Of a stretch of 64,000 bases of DNA, positions 10,946-23,720 are shown piece by piece. Source of the DNA: Heterodontus francisci (lineage: Eukaryota); contig NC_090404.1 in the NCBI RefSeq assembly GCF_036365525.1, positions 13,668,550 to 13,732,549 on the forward strand, in the 5' to 3' direction. Each line of letters starts with the position of its first letter. Position 1 is the first letter of the stretch. The position numbers and the translations under genes were made by a program. The notes beneath the pieces are model-generated. The model worked only from the letters and a program-made list of their open reading frames with translations, was not told where the DNA came from and searched no databases.

Positions 10946-11731
10946 AACTAAGAATCTACAATATAAACAGATTTTAACAGGTCGTTTTCAGGACAGGATT
11001 AGAAGCTGATGAACAATGATTAATGGACCAATAATCTGCAAGAATAGGCATGGTGCGTTCGAGGCACCGGGACAAGATGGTCAGAAGACCGGCACAAAAT
11101 GCTAATAGAAAAAAATAGTTTGCAATAGTGAGGTACAAACACTGAAAAGGACATTGTATCAAGACTAGAAAATGGGGAGCAGTTTCACTAAAGGGATTGG
11201 TATAATTTACAAGATGAGTTAACAGTTTAAAGTCATTGCCATTATTTGTAAATAACAAGAACACAATGACATGTTATTACTTTAACAAGACGTTACCAAG
11301 ACTTAAAAGACACGTCACATATATTCTCAAAAATTGAAATGTACGAGCTTGAGGCAATGAAGGAGCATCATGGGTATTGTCAAGGATATAAATCATGGCC
11401 CTGGTAGTGGTTCTCCTTTAGGAAAGGTGGTGTTCCGTAACCCTTACAGGTACAAAAGAAGGGCTGAGCTGTTCGTTGCACTGTTCAGTTAATCAGATCA
11501 ACGGTGCTCATAGTGGGAAAGGGTAATGTCCTTTCTATCTTATGTATTGCCATAGCTGGTAAGATTGTTAGCAATGATTTGTTAACTCTGTTTTCTCTTG
11601 TACCAAATACAATAATTTAAGTACCATAACGCTTTGGTATAGTTTCCTTCTGAATGTCGCACAAAAGGAACTCGGAAACAATAGTTCTCTGAATCGATGG
11701 AAACACGGCCCAGAAGAAATTCATATTTATT

Positions 11732-11747
11732 CCACCAGATGGCAGCA
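11732..11747 (+). promoter_or_regulatory. CTCF-binding element
   Basis: CCACCAGATGGCAGCA, near-perfect consensus. Confidence 0.75.
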
Positions 11748-11779
11748 CATCCTCAGGAATCACTGCAGCATTGTCTGGA

Positions 11780-13430
11780 ACATAGGAACATAGCAGCAGG
11801 AGTAGGCCATTCAGTCCATCGAGCCTGCCCCGCCATTCAATATGATCATGGCTGATCATCCATTTCATTGTTTTTTTCCACATTATTCTTATATCCCCTT
11901 AGATCATTTGTGTTTAGAAATCGGTCAATCTCTGCTTTAAACATACTCAATGACTGAGCATCCACAGCCCTCTGGGGTAGAGAATTCCAAAGATTCACAA
12001 CCGTCTGAGTAAAGAAATTACTCCTCATCGCTGTCCTAAGTGGCTTCCGCCTTATTTGGAAATTGTGTCCCCTGGTTCTAGACTCCCCAATCAGGGGAAG
12101 CATCTTAGCTGCATCTACCCTGTCTACCCCTTTACGTATTTTGTAGGTTCAATGCGATCACCTCTCATTCTTTGAAACTCTAGAGAATGCAGTTGCACTT
12201 TCCCAATCTCTCTTCATAGGACTGTCCCGCCATCCCGGGAAAAAGATTGGTGAACATTCGTTGCACTCCTTCTGTGGCAATAATATCCTTCCTAAGGTAA
12301 GGGGACCCAAAATGCACACAATACTACAGGTGTGGTCTAACGAAAGTTCTATACAATTGAAGCAAGACTTCACTACTCCTGTACTCAAATCCTCTTGCGA
12401 TAAAGGCTAACATACCATTAATCTTTCTAATTGCTTGCTGCACCTGCATGTTAGCTTTCAGTGACTTATTGACAGGGACACCCAGGTCACTTTGTGCATC
12501 TACACTTTCCAATCTCTTACCATTTAAGAAATACTCTGCACATCTATTTCTCCTACCAACGTGGATAACTTCACATTTTTCCACATTATATTCCATCTTC
12601 CACGTTCTTGCCCACTCACTAAGTCTGTCCAAATCCCCTTAAAGCCGCTTTACATCTTCCTCACAACACACTTTCCCAGCTAGTTTTGTGTCATCCGCAA
12701 ACTTGGAAATACTACATTTGGTCCCCACATCCAAATCATTGATATACATTGTGAACAGCTGGGGCCCAGGCACTGATCCCTGCGGTACCCCACTAGTAAC
12801 AGCCTGCCAACGCGAGAATGACCTTTTTATTCCTACTCTATGCTTTGTGCCTGTTAACAGTTCTTAATCTAAAGCAGTATATTAACTCCTATTTCATGTG
12901 CTTTAATTTTGCTAAACAATCTCCTGTGGGGGGTTTTATCAAAAGCCTTCTGAAAATCCAAGTATACCACGTCCACTGACTCCCCTTTATCAATTCTGTT
13001 AATAACATCTTCAAAAGACTCCAACAGGTTCGTCAAACATGATTTCCCATTCATAAATCCATGTTGACTGTGCCCAATCATATCATTATTATCCAAGTGT
13101 CCATTGATCACATCCTTTAGAATAGATTCTAGCATTTTCCCAACGACTGATGTGAGGTCTGCAACTCCCTGTTTTCTCTCTCCTTAAATAGTGGGGTGAC
13201 ATTTACGACCTTTCAATCTGCAGGAACTGCTCCAGAATCTGTAGAATTTTGAAAGATGATCATCAATGCACCCACTATCTCCATAGCTACCTCTTTCAAC
13301 ACTCTGGGATGTAGAATATCAGGTCTGGGGACTTATCAACCTTCAACCCCAATAATTTCTCCAATGCGAACTTCTTACTAATACTAATTTCCTTCAATTC
13401 CTAATTCCCCCTAATCTCTTGGGTCTCTAG
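11780..13430 (-). mobile_element. CR1 LINE, 5'-truncated, degenerate RT
   Basis: ORF fragments [35 protein letters not shown]. Confidence 0.92.
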
Positions 13431-13789
13431 AAATGCTGAGATCTGACATCATTATATAGTTCATACACAGAGACGGCGGCTAAGTAAAGGTTCCTGACGA
13501 TAACTTCGTCCATCAGCTGGACTAGGACTTGCTTATCAGCAACTCAGTGGTTTCAAATCTTACTGTGCTCCTGGAAACCACACACATTAAGTCGGTGAGT
13601 TCAGCTTTCCTCGGGCGAGCAGATTCTCCGGCCTAACCTTGTCTCATCCGATGGTCTCCAGAGAACAAGCTACAGATTCCGGTAACTTCTAAACATTCTA
13701 ACATCCATGCTGTTAATGCTTTAACAATCTGATTTAAGATGATCTGGTGATAAACATGGAATCCATTCGCAGCACTCGAAGTATATTTT

Positions 13790-14480
13790 GCCGATCTATA
13801 TTTCACCCTTAGATCGGTCTCAGTTGTTATTGCATTACACGCGATCTCTGTTTTACATCAGGCACTCTCAATTGTTGCTGAACTAGCCCATGCCTCTGTT
13901 TATATTGCACTAGTGCCAGTCTCAGCTGTACTGCACTAGAATATGTTCCTGTTTATATTACACTGGGCCCTGTCTCACTAATTACTGGACTGGGCCATGC
14001 CTCTGTTTATAATAAGCCAGACCCCTATCTCTTTATTTACTGCATGCGACCATCTCTTTGTATATTTGATACTAGGCCCTGCCTCAGTTATTACTGCAAT
14101 ATCACTTTCCTCTGTTTATATTGCATTAATGACTGTCTTTGTTATTAGTGGACGAAGTCATGCCTCTGTTCCCAAAAATATACTTTATTCATAAAATTTA
14201 CAAAAACGGACATTACAAACAACTCACAGTGGACATTTCAGAAAGTGAAAACAGATCAGTTTCATTTGATACGGAACGTGAGGTGACTCACACTCTTTCC
14301 ATTCTATTTTATATACAATGTGCACTAGACCTTATATCATCTTATGTCACCCTAGGCCTTATCTCAGTTATTACGTCACTAGACCATGCCTCTGTTTATA
14401 TTACACTGGAAGTTTTGCCTTTTATATCACTGTATACCATATCTCAGTTAATATTTCACCAGACCATGCCTCTGTTTATT
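13790..14480. repeat. Degenerate ~27-bp minisatellite
   Basis: Units resembling CTGTCTCTGTTTATATTACACTAGACC. Confidence 0.75.
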
Positions 14481-15339
14481 ATCCGCTACCCTACAATACA
14501 CTTTCAATAGCTGTGCAGTGAGACAGAGTGTTTGAAAGTACAGAGACATTTATCAACCTGACTGCAGCTCAGTGATTCTGATTTCCCTTATATAGGACAG
14601 CCTTATCACTCAAACTCCGCTCTGCTCAGTCCATATGCCCAACAACTGGCAGATTTTTGTGTCTTAGACCCTAAAATTGAAATGTGGAAGAGTCCAAGGG
14701 GAGTTGTCAGTGTCCATGGTTGTGGTGGTGGTGGTAGTGGTGATGGTGACGGGGCGGTGGTGGCTTCTGCCATGTGCCAGTGCCCAGAATAGTTGTTTCC
14801 TGAGCCTGTCAGAGGCCTCTGCCGCTGGGATCTGAGTCTGGGAGCTGCTCTCTCGGTATCACCTTTTACCCATTGAGTATAGACACTGAGCTGATCCACA
14901 GGCACTCACCTGCATAGGGACATTGATCTGATCTCTCTTTCATTCAATCACTTGATTGTCCTATTTCATTTGCATAATTATTGTATTTTAACATGCTAGT
15001 TGTTTTTCCTCTTTCCCACCTATTATTTTCAACATCACTTTCCTAATGATTTTCTCCATAGGTTCTGCACATTTCTCCCCATCTCCCCATTCCCTTTACA
15101 ATTTCTATATTTACATATATTTCCATGTCCCTTGCGACACTATACCTTCTGCATTCTGTATGTGTATCACCGAGTTTCAGTCAGCGTTAGTTTCCCTTTA
15201 TATCCCTGTGATGCAATTTATGTCAAACAGGCACAGAGAGTGCCAATTCTTTTATTTCACTGCACGGCACCAGCGTTCATTCTAATGGAAGAGTAATCAG
15301 CACAACCTTTATTAAACTGTTCACTTTCTCGATCTGCTG

Positions 15340-15960
15340 GTATCTGTCTGTAACTACATCTTTAACTCCCCGTGTTTGTCTCTCCCCGTATCACTGTACT
15401 TAGTCTCACCTTTATCTACCTCCCTTTGTTGGTTTCTCTCTGTATCACTGCACTCAGTCTCACATTTATCTCTTTCCCTCTGTTGGTGTGACCCTGTATC
15501 GCTGTACTCAGCCTCACCTTTATCTCTCTTCCTCTATTGATGTCTCCCTGTATCACTGTACTCAGTATCACCATTATCTGTCTCCCTCTGTTGGTCTCTC
15601 TCTGTACCGCCGTTCTGAGTCTCAACTTTATCTCTGTCCTTCTGTTGACGTCTCTGCATCACTCGCTGTACTCAGGCACACCATTATCTCTCTCCCTCTG
15701 TTGGTGTGTCTCTGTATCACTGTACTCAATCTGACCTTTACCTCCCTCTGTTGGTCTCTCTCTCCGCATCACTGTACTCAGTCTCACCTTTATCTCTCTC
15801 CCTCTGATGGTCTCTCCCTATATCACCGCACTGAGTCTCATCTTAATCTATCTCCTTCTGTTGACGTCTCTGCATCACTCGCTGTACTCAGTCACACCAT
15901 TATCTTTCTCCTGCTGTTGGTGCCTCTCTGCATCACTGTACCCAGTCTCGCCTTTATTTA
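15340..15960. repeat. 54-bp tandem repeat (~11 copies)
   Basis: TGTATCACTGTACTCAGTCTCACCTTTATCTCTCTCCCTCTGTTGGT.. with period 54 (15441 to 15495). Confidence 0.9.
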
Positions 15961-15974
15961 AATCTGTCTCTGTG

Positions 15975-16040
15975 TGACGTCAGTCTTCCAATTGTGTGAC
16001 GTATGTCTGAAGTCAGTATGACGTCAGCCTGAAGTCTGTG
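15975..16040. promoter_or_regulatory. Cluster of CRE/CRE-like motifs
   Basis: TGACGTCA (15975, 16019), TGACGTAT, TGAAGTCA, TGAAGTCT. Confidence 0.4.
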
Positions 16041-16388
16041 AGACAATGTAGGTTTGAGGGACGGCTGAGTGCCAGCAATCTCTATCTCAGAGCTGATCGG
16101 AACATTAATCCCTGATTATAAGTGAATGAACAGTTGATCAGAATCAGGAAGGACAGTTTAACTGGTAGTTTGATTCAGTAATGGAACTGTCTGCCCGATT
16201 GGATTCTGCAGTTTGTTTTCTCGGCCGCTCCTGGAAACAGTTGGATGACAATTTGATCCGAGGTAAATTTGGTTTCCTCTCGGTGGGTGTTTGAGCGCCC
16301 GACAGCGCGCTGCACCTTGTGGCTGCACATCTGCCCGCGATTCTACACAAACTCAACAGACAGGAGCTCCCACCCACAGTCCAAAGGC

Positions 16389-16887
16389 AATTTTAGTACA
16401 GGAGTGAGACTGCTTTTCATCACTGTGAGTCCTAGAGAGCGCAGTAATACACGGCAGAGTTAATTATCTGCAAATCGAAAATGGTTAAACTTGCGAAGGA
16501 GTCTGAGGGTGCGAGTTCTGAAGAGAAACGGATTTCTAACCCTGTTCCTTTCCATTTCACTGTATTCCAGGACCGTCTCCACGCAACAAACTGGAGTTCC
16601 TTCTCTGGTTGCTGTCGGTACCAATATAAATAATAACTGTCTTCAGCGGTGCTATAGGTATCTTACAGTCACCGCTTCACCTTCTCTTCCGCTCACTGAA
16701 GACAGAATCTCTAAGTAACAGAATCTCCATCACTCTGATCTGTAACATGTGTTCAGAAAGAAGATAAGACTGAGTATTCAAACGCATTAGTGAAAAAAAA
16801 ACATTTTAGTTTGAACGCCACGCGATTGGCGTCATCCTTACCGACAGTAAACAGCCCAAACACAACCCAAGCGCTGTATATCAGCAC
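16389..16887 (-). pseudogene. Inverted TCR V pseudogene (leader 16887-16842, V exon 16739-16428, 23-RSS 16427-16389)
   Basis: Leader (GTG)LIYSAWVVFGLFTV + GTAAGG; DQSDGDSVT*..YYLYWYRQQPEKELQF..NSAVYYCAL*DS; first Cys lost; CACAGTG+23+ACTAAAATT. Confidence 0.9.
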
Positions 16888-17203
16888 GGCTGCTGCCGAG
16901 ACCGAACATGCTGGCCCCTTTAAAAGCCCAAACCCGGACCGGAACAGATCCTGTCAGAGGCTCCTATTGGCTCATCGCCATTTCCTGGTCTCACTGTTTT
17001 CTCCAATGACGCAATCTCCAATCAACCCGCTTCAGTACTGACACCGGGAGTGTCAGCTTGGATTATGGACTGAAAACTCTGAATTAGATTTCACCGTACA
17101 AACCTCTAACTCAGATGCAGGAGTGAGACGGACTGAGCCACGGATGACACTTACAGAGCAGCGCGGGTTGCTTTGACCGTCAGCGGCAGTTTCATTTCTC
17201 TGA

Positions 17204-17542
17204 GACTTTTGTTCAGCGACAGATGAGTTTTAAACCACTGTGCTGCTCAGTCCGCAGAATTACACAGCGTTGTCCTGGATTTCCACTCCAGTTATCGTTA
17301 AAGGAAACTTCAGAGTTGGCCTTTTCAGCCTCGAATCTTCTCTTGACAAAATCCGCTTCCGTTTTTCCGCTGTTATCCCGATGCAAACTAAGAGGCGGAG
17401 CCTGATTCGAATGCTGTCTGCAACCAATACAGATCGGGGTTATCGTAGTTTGTTGTGTAACTACAGTCTATTTTCAGACTATCTCTTTCAGTCCACGCAG
17501 AGCGCGGTATAAGGTTGTGACACCGAATCTGCCCGAATTTCC
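17204..17542 (-). pseudogene. Inverted TCR V pseudogene with intact-looking 23-RSS (17242-17204)
   Basis: ADSVSQP..LKIDCSYTTNYDNPDLYW..FPLTITGVEIQDNAV*FCGLS with frameshifts; CACAGTG+23+ACAAAAGTC. Confidence 0.88.
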
Positions 17543-17856
17543 CCGAAGTGAAAATTAATTGAGGGTTGAATATAATACTATGTTAGAAAGTTTGGTAGCA
17601 CCACATTACATCAAACAGATGCAAATCATGACCATACCTACCGAACACCAGCCGTGGTACGACATTGGCTCCATTATACCTTCACTAAAAACCGCTTGGA
17701 ATAGCAGTTCTATTTACTGTTACAATCGGCTATACGGAAGAAAGTGAGAAACTGTCAGAAAGATTTAACAGAAAGGTTTTAACAGAAGAGCTGACAGGTC
17801 GGATGCATTTCTTTACTTTCTCCTGCACCTTATCACTCAGAGCGTCACTCAGCAGA

Positions 17857-18122
17857 TTAAAGGAGAGTATCGTAGGTGCAGCTTAAAGTCATCACTTCTC
17901 CTTCTGTCGTAACATCTGAGGCCAGCGGCTGAGTGACAGAATCTCCATGATTCCGGTCTCGAAAAAAAAAACATGTTTAAACAGGAAAAGATTAGACGGA
18001 AGACTGTTTAAAATTCAGATTTAAACCATGTTTGAGAAATGAGAGAAAAGAAGAAATGTGCTTTGTCCACAATTACCTGTCAGAAATGCTCCCCACACAA
18101 CCCAGATACTGAGTAGCCGCAT
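17857..18122 (-). pseudogene. Inverted truncated V (intact leader 18122-18077, FR1 only)
   Basis: MRLLSIWVVWGAFLT + GTAATT donor; DRNHGDSVTQPLASDVTTEGEVMTLSCTYDTLL* then homology is lost. Confidence 0.85.
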
Positions 18123-18366
18123 TGTCGCTGTCCGCTCTGTAAAAGGGGAGTTGGTTATTTGAAAGCACCCGTTCTAATCCCCACCGTCAATAATCTGCTA
18201 TCGTGTTTCAGGATGCTCTCACCTCACTTTCTTGTGTCCCCAGTGTTGCTGTCAGACCAGTATGTGGAGAGCTGGCTGCCAGTGAATGGAAACAACACGA
18301 GCTGGGCTACACTCACTGTCCTTATAGGGAGAACGGTTCTGCTGTTAGAAACATGAGTCTGGGAAC

Positions 18367-20492
18367 TAAAGCCTGGCTACCCGACCCCAACCCGACCAAA
18401 CCACTTGCGTCCTGTTCTGGTCGGGTCTATATTCTGAGTCCAGCATTCGGGCTCGGGCCGGGTCGAGCTGGACTGTACTTAGCTTTGACTGTCTTGGTGC
18501 CACTTGTCATGTCCGCTTATATGAAAACACCTGTATAAATACATATTATGCATTAAAACTTAAGTGTGACATTTTTGAACCAAACTTTTCACAGTTATGA
18601 TTAAAAAAAAATAAAATGTGGTAACACATGTGTTATTTTTCCAAACTGGTTGCAAGTCTGGAAATTTTTGTGAATTGCATTTCTAAGGCAATTGTATTTA
18701 AAATGACTTTAGAGTATGAAATTCAATAACACAAATTAGAGGCTGTCTTCTCTGCTCAAAGGAAACCCAGCAGTAGATTGTAAGGTCCATTCATATTTCA
18801 GTTATAGTGATTGCCAAAATTCTTTGAAATTTACTGGATAATTCGAGTAACGTCATGAGAGTTCAAATTAGCCTCTAAAGGAACACTAATGTCTCATTTT
18901 ATACATAACACATGCTTAAAATATAATTTATTAACTTGTTTGTTTTAACATTGCAAGTACAGACTGGGAAAAATAACTGTAGTGCCCTACCAGGATCACC
19001 CTGGTTGTAAGCATATTGATGATTTGTCTTAACTTAAAAAAAGCAGAAAAACATCTACCCGGTTAATGAAAGAGGACAAGAAAAAACAGTCTGGCACGGA
19101 ATTCAATGATGGGATTGTTTATGCAGAAAGCCATGTTGTAGCTGTTGTGTGATGTACATCTGGAAAGCTGCCAAATTATGATTGAAAGTGAGTGTCAATG
19201 ACCATGTCAATGGATCTTGTGGACAAAATTAAATCAGGAATTATGAGATAAACTAAAACACAGGACCCAACTTACTTCATTCTCATTCCTGAATGAGTGA
19301 GAGACTAACTAATACTCAAGTTATCTTAATTTTGATAATGCACTGTTTCAAATGCAAATATTAAAATGAAAATGCATAGAACCAATATTGATTATATCTA
19401 GTCTAGATATTAATTGGCGTTGTGCACCTTTTTTTCATAGTATATATGGGGGGGGGGGGGGGCGCGAGTTGGTGGTGCGGTGGTGTGTGGATTGAATAAT
19501 CACTGCTGGTCATCCAAGTATAAATTCTAAATCTTCCACAGTAATGAATTAAAACACCCTGGCATATTGATTTACTGTCACCGTCTATATTAGTCAACCT
19601 AATAGCTTGTGTTCCTTGAATGAAGTACTCCTCTGAGCCCAAAGGGGTGGTGTTCTGTACATGGGAGTGAATAGAGAGTTGGTTATCTCTAGAAACTTCG
19701 GTTTACGTCAAAACCATTTTGAAGACATTAAACAGTGTAGCATTATTAAATCAAATGTAAATAATTTCAAACAAGTTATAATGTCTGTAGAAGTAATGTT
19801 GATTGATTTTCAAAAGCAAGCCTTTGCCCCATTAATTGCCAACTGATTGTTTCACAATAGCAGACAAGTAACATTGCAGAGAGAAAAACCATCTACGAGC
19901 TTAACCAAAAATAAAAGTATATCAAACCACGTACGCATAGAACTAGACAAGATGTTAGGTGGTTCTTTTCCCAGAGAATGTAGAGCATCTGAAATACACT
20001 GTCAGCTGGTGTGGTGGGTGTTGACTTTCTCAGCGGCTTCAAGAGGAAACACGATCGATTCCTGACCGTGAGAAAGATTGCGTCATATAGAAGGCAAGTT
20101 TCTTTATAGGCAACACGTGGTCCATGTAAACTCCTGGACAGGTTTTCGACTGCCAGGGCAGCAGGGCGATGGAGAGGACAGTTACTGAGTTTTTTCCCAA
20201 CATTGGCCAGGGTTGTTATGTTTTTTTGCCACTCCTAGTAGATTTAGATGCGAGTTAGGAAGAGAGAAGAAGCGTTTAGTCATGATGGTCCAGTTACCTT
20301 GGTGTGGGGCAGTCTTGATGAGCCAGCTAGTAAAGCCTGGCTACCCGACCTGAACCCGACCAAACCTGACTACATTTGTCGGCTTCAGGCATTTAATAAA
20401 ATGAAAGGGCCTGGGCCCGGGATGGGTTCGGGTTCGCTGTTGTCGGGTTGGGCCCAGGTCGGGTTTTAATTTTATACCAGAGCCAGGCTTTA
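18367..20492. mobile_element. Non-autonomous hAT-like DNA transposon(s)
   Basis: TIR TAAAGCCTGGCT at 18367 and 20331; inverted AGCCAGGCTTTA at 20481-20492; subterminal ACCCGA/TCGGGT repeats; no matching TSD seen. Confidence 0.6.
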
Positions 20493-21357
20493 TCTAAAGA
20501 CGTTATAACTTCTTATTTAAAAATCTATCTCCCACATTCGCATATATATACTTCGATTTAAAAGAATGTAGATTTGAAAAAGTAGCTTTTTCTCAGAAAT
20601 AGAACAAATAAACAAGTCTTTGTAAGTTACTATCCTGACGAATAGTCCTCCAACACAACACAGTAAAAGTTCACTTGCAGTCTTCCAAGGTCCGATGGAA
20701 AAAAGGGTCCCTCAAAGATAGGGGTTCAGCAGTTCGTCTGTTGTAGCACTAAACCCTTCTTTTTTTCCAGCGATGAACACAGCAGATATCAATAATTTGT
20801 TGTGAAAGGAAAAGTTTTTTTCTTATTTTTTTGGAATTAATTCGGCTTGAAGCTTTGTAGAATTTTGACGGATAACAACACTGCTTTTTGGCAGTTTAAA
20901 TTGTCTCAGAGCACTGCTTCTGACTGCTGTTCAGCTATTATTAAAAGACAAAACTGCAACATTGAATCTCGTGTCCTCTCTCTCTCTGTGGCTGTTGCTT
21001 GGCTACCAGGATGCACTCTGGCTCACTGAGCTTCCAGAACTTTCTGCCTTAAAGATGCACTGATCTTTTACAGTTTTAAAGGCGCACCGTAGTATTTCCC
21101 GAGAAGAGAAAAAAAACACAAGATTGTGACAGTATTTAGTTGTAAATGAAAAGTTAAAGGGAAATAAATAGGCAGAAAGTACTTTCTGAATGAAGACAGA
21201 TTGAGACGAGAAAGTGAACGAAATATACAGACACATTTAAATAGATCTGTAAGCAGCAGGGTTATGAAATGGATTTACATCCAGCACAAATTAAGTTAAC
21301 AGATTAACACGATAGCTTCAATAATATTTACAATGGCCTCAGAGCTCGCAGATATGT

Positions 21358-21427
21358 TCCTTGATGGTCTAATGGTTAGGATTCGGTACTCCTGCTTCCA
21401 TGGCTGGGTTTTGTCCTGACCAAGGAA
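21358..21427 (+). pseudogene. tRNA-Glu pseudogene
   Basis: TCCTTGATGGTCTAATGGTTAGGATTCGG..CCAAGGAA aligns to vertebrate tRNA-Glu (TCCCTGGTGGTCTAGTGGTTAGGATTCGG..CAGGGAA); anticodon arm and B box degenerate. Confidence 0.75.
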
Positions 21428-21899
21428 GCAACAGTTTAATAAAAGCAAAAAACTACCGATGCTAGAAATCTGAAATAAAAATAGAAAGTGCTGACCTGTG
21501 TTCTGATGTTCCTGAAAGGTTAGCTTTGCTTCTCTCTCCACAGATGCTGCCAGAATTGCTGAGTATTTCCAGCACTTTCTGCTTTTATCATGAAGCAGTT
21601 TATCTGTCAGGTGAAGGATTATCGTTTTCATCACTGTTAATAAACCAACAACATCCTGTCACACACTGAATGAAATGTTTCACAAGTGACCAGGGACATT
21701 TCCTATCAGGTGAAGCTGATATCCGCCACACTACATAAAGATCTAACCACTTGGTCTCAGCTCAGAGAAAGAGCTGAGGAAGAAAGCGAACTCCTGAATC
21801 CTCTGCACTCACTCACTCGAACAAACATTTCACCAGTCCAAACCACAAAAGTCACATGGGGAAAATATCCAATATAAAGTTTCCACCAGCAGGAATGTC

Positions 21900-22180
21900 A
21901 ATAACGAGAGGATTTAACATCATTGGTAAATGAAGAAGGGGGGAGATGAGGAGTTTTTTTAATGCACTGAGTTGTTATGAGCTGGAATGAATTACCCGAA
22001 AGGGTGATGTAAACAGATTCAATAGTAACTTTCAAAAGGGAATTGAATAATTACTTGAAGAGGAAAGATTTTCAGGTCTTTGGGGAAAGAGCAGGACAGT
22101 GGAACTGATTGAATAGCCCTTTTAAACAACCGCTACGATCGGCCGAATGGCCTCCTTCTGTGCTGTCAGATTCCATGATT
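21900..22180 (+). mobile_element. CR1 LINE 3' fragment
   Basis: GGCCGAATGGCCTCCTTCTGTGCTG 3' end. Confidence 0.7.
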
Positions 22181-22499
22181 CAATGAATTTCAATTGCATC
22201 AATCAAAAGTTTTGCAATTGTAATCCAGACATTTCTATTTGTGATATTAATATACGGAAGCTTAACAGCAACAGTATTAACCACTGTGGATACAAAATGT
22301 CACCTGAACACATTAAACATTTCAGTAACAGCTTCGCTGAAGTGACTTGACTCTGATTTAAAAATGAGTAAATTGTAAATTCCACATCAGCTTAAGAAAC
22401 TGAGTATATCAACCAGGTTTCCAATAGGTGCAGTGCTGAAAGGGCATTATTTTACAGGGACAATGTCAACCAATAATCTCTCTCCCAACCATTTTCTGT

Positions 22500-23720
22500 T
22501 GAGGTGGACACATTTTTCGAGGAGGTGACAAGATGTGTAGATGAGGGTAAAACAATAGATGTAGTATACATGGATTTCAGTAAGACTTTTGATAAGGTCC
22601 CGCATGGGAGATTAGTTAAGAAGGTAACAGCCCATGGGATCCAGGGAAAGTTGGCAAATTGGATCCAAAATTGGCTTAGTGGCAGGAGGCAGAGGGTAAT
22701 GATCGATGGCTGTTTTAGCGATTGGAAGCCTGTGACCACTGGTGTACCATTGGGATAGGTGCTGGTACTCGTGCTGTTTGTAGTGTACATTAATGATTTA
22801 GACTTGAATATAGGAGGTATGATCAGTAAGTTCGCAGATGACACGAAAATTGGTGGTGTTGTAAATAGTGAGGAGGAAATCCTTAGATTACAGGGAGATA
22901 TAGATGGGCTGGTAAGAAGGGCGGAGCTGTGGCAAATAGAATTTAATCCTGAGAATTGTGAGGTAATTCATTTTGGGAGGACTAACAGGCAAGGGAATAT
23001 ACAATGGATATTAGGACCCTAGGAAGTACAGAAAGTCAGAGGGACATTGGTGTACTTGTCCATCGATCACTGAAGGCAGCAGCACAGGTAGATAAGGTGG
23101 TTGGGAAGGCATATGGGATACTTGCTTTTATTAGCCGAAGCATAAAATATAAGAGCAGGGAGGTTATGATGGAGCTGTATAAAATGCTAGTTAGGCCACA
23201 GCTGGAGTACTGTGTACAGTTCTGGTCACCTACTATAGGAAGGATGTGATTGCACTGGAGACGGTGCAGATGAGATTCACCAGGATGTTGCCTGGGCTGG
23301 AGCATTTCAGCTATGAAGAGAGACTGGATAGGCTAGGGGTGTTTTCTTTGGAGCAGAGAAGTCTGAGGGGGGACATGATTAAGGTATGCAAGATTATGAG
23401 GGGCATTGATCGGTTCGATAGGAAGAAGCCTTTTCCCTTGGCAGAGGGGTCAAGAACCAAGAGGCAGAGATTTAGGGTAAGGGATAGGAGGTTTAGAGGA
23501 GATTTGAGGGGACAAAACTTCACCCAGAGGGTGGTTGGAATCTGGAACGCACTGCCTGAAAAGGTGGTGGAGGCAGGAACCCTCACATCATTTAAGAAGT
23601 ATTTAGATGAGCACTTGAAACGCCATAGCCTACAAGGCTACAGGCCAAGTGCAGGAATATGGGATTAGAATAGTTGGGTGCTGATGGCCGGCACAGACAC
23701 GATGGGCCAAAGGGCCTTGT
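22500..23720 (+). mobile_element. CR1 LINE, 5'-truncated
   Basis: YMDFSKTFDKVPH, KFADDTK, VRPQLEYCVQFWSP. Confidence 0.92.

Noticed and set aside
14968-14975. Ig octamer ATTTGCAT as a VH/VL promoter
   Set aside because: No leader or V exon found nearby on either strand; an 8-mer is expected by chance
15340-15960. CRISPR array or repeat-protein ORFs (15488-15961)
   Set aside because: Contiguous tandem units without unique spacers in eukaryotic DNA; ORFs are by-products of the repeat
21813-21857. Minus-strand orphan leader M*LLWFGLVKCLF
   Set aside because: Stop at codon 2, donors not in phase 1, no downstream V exon
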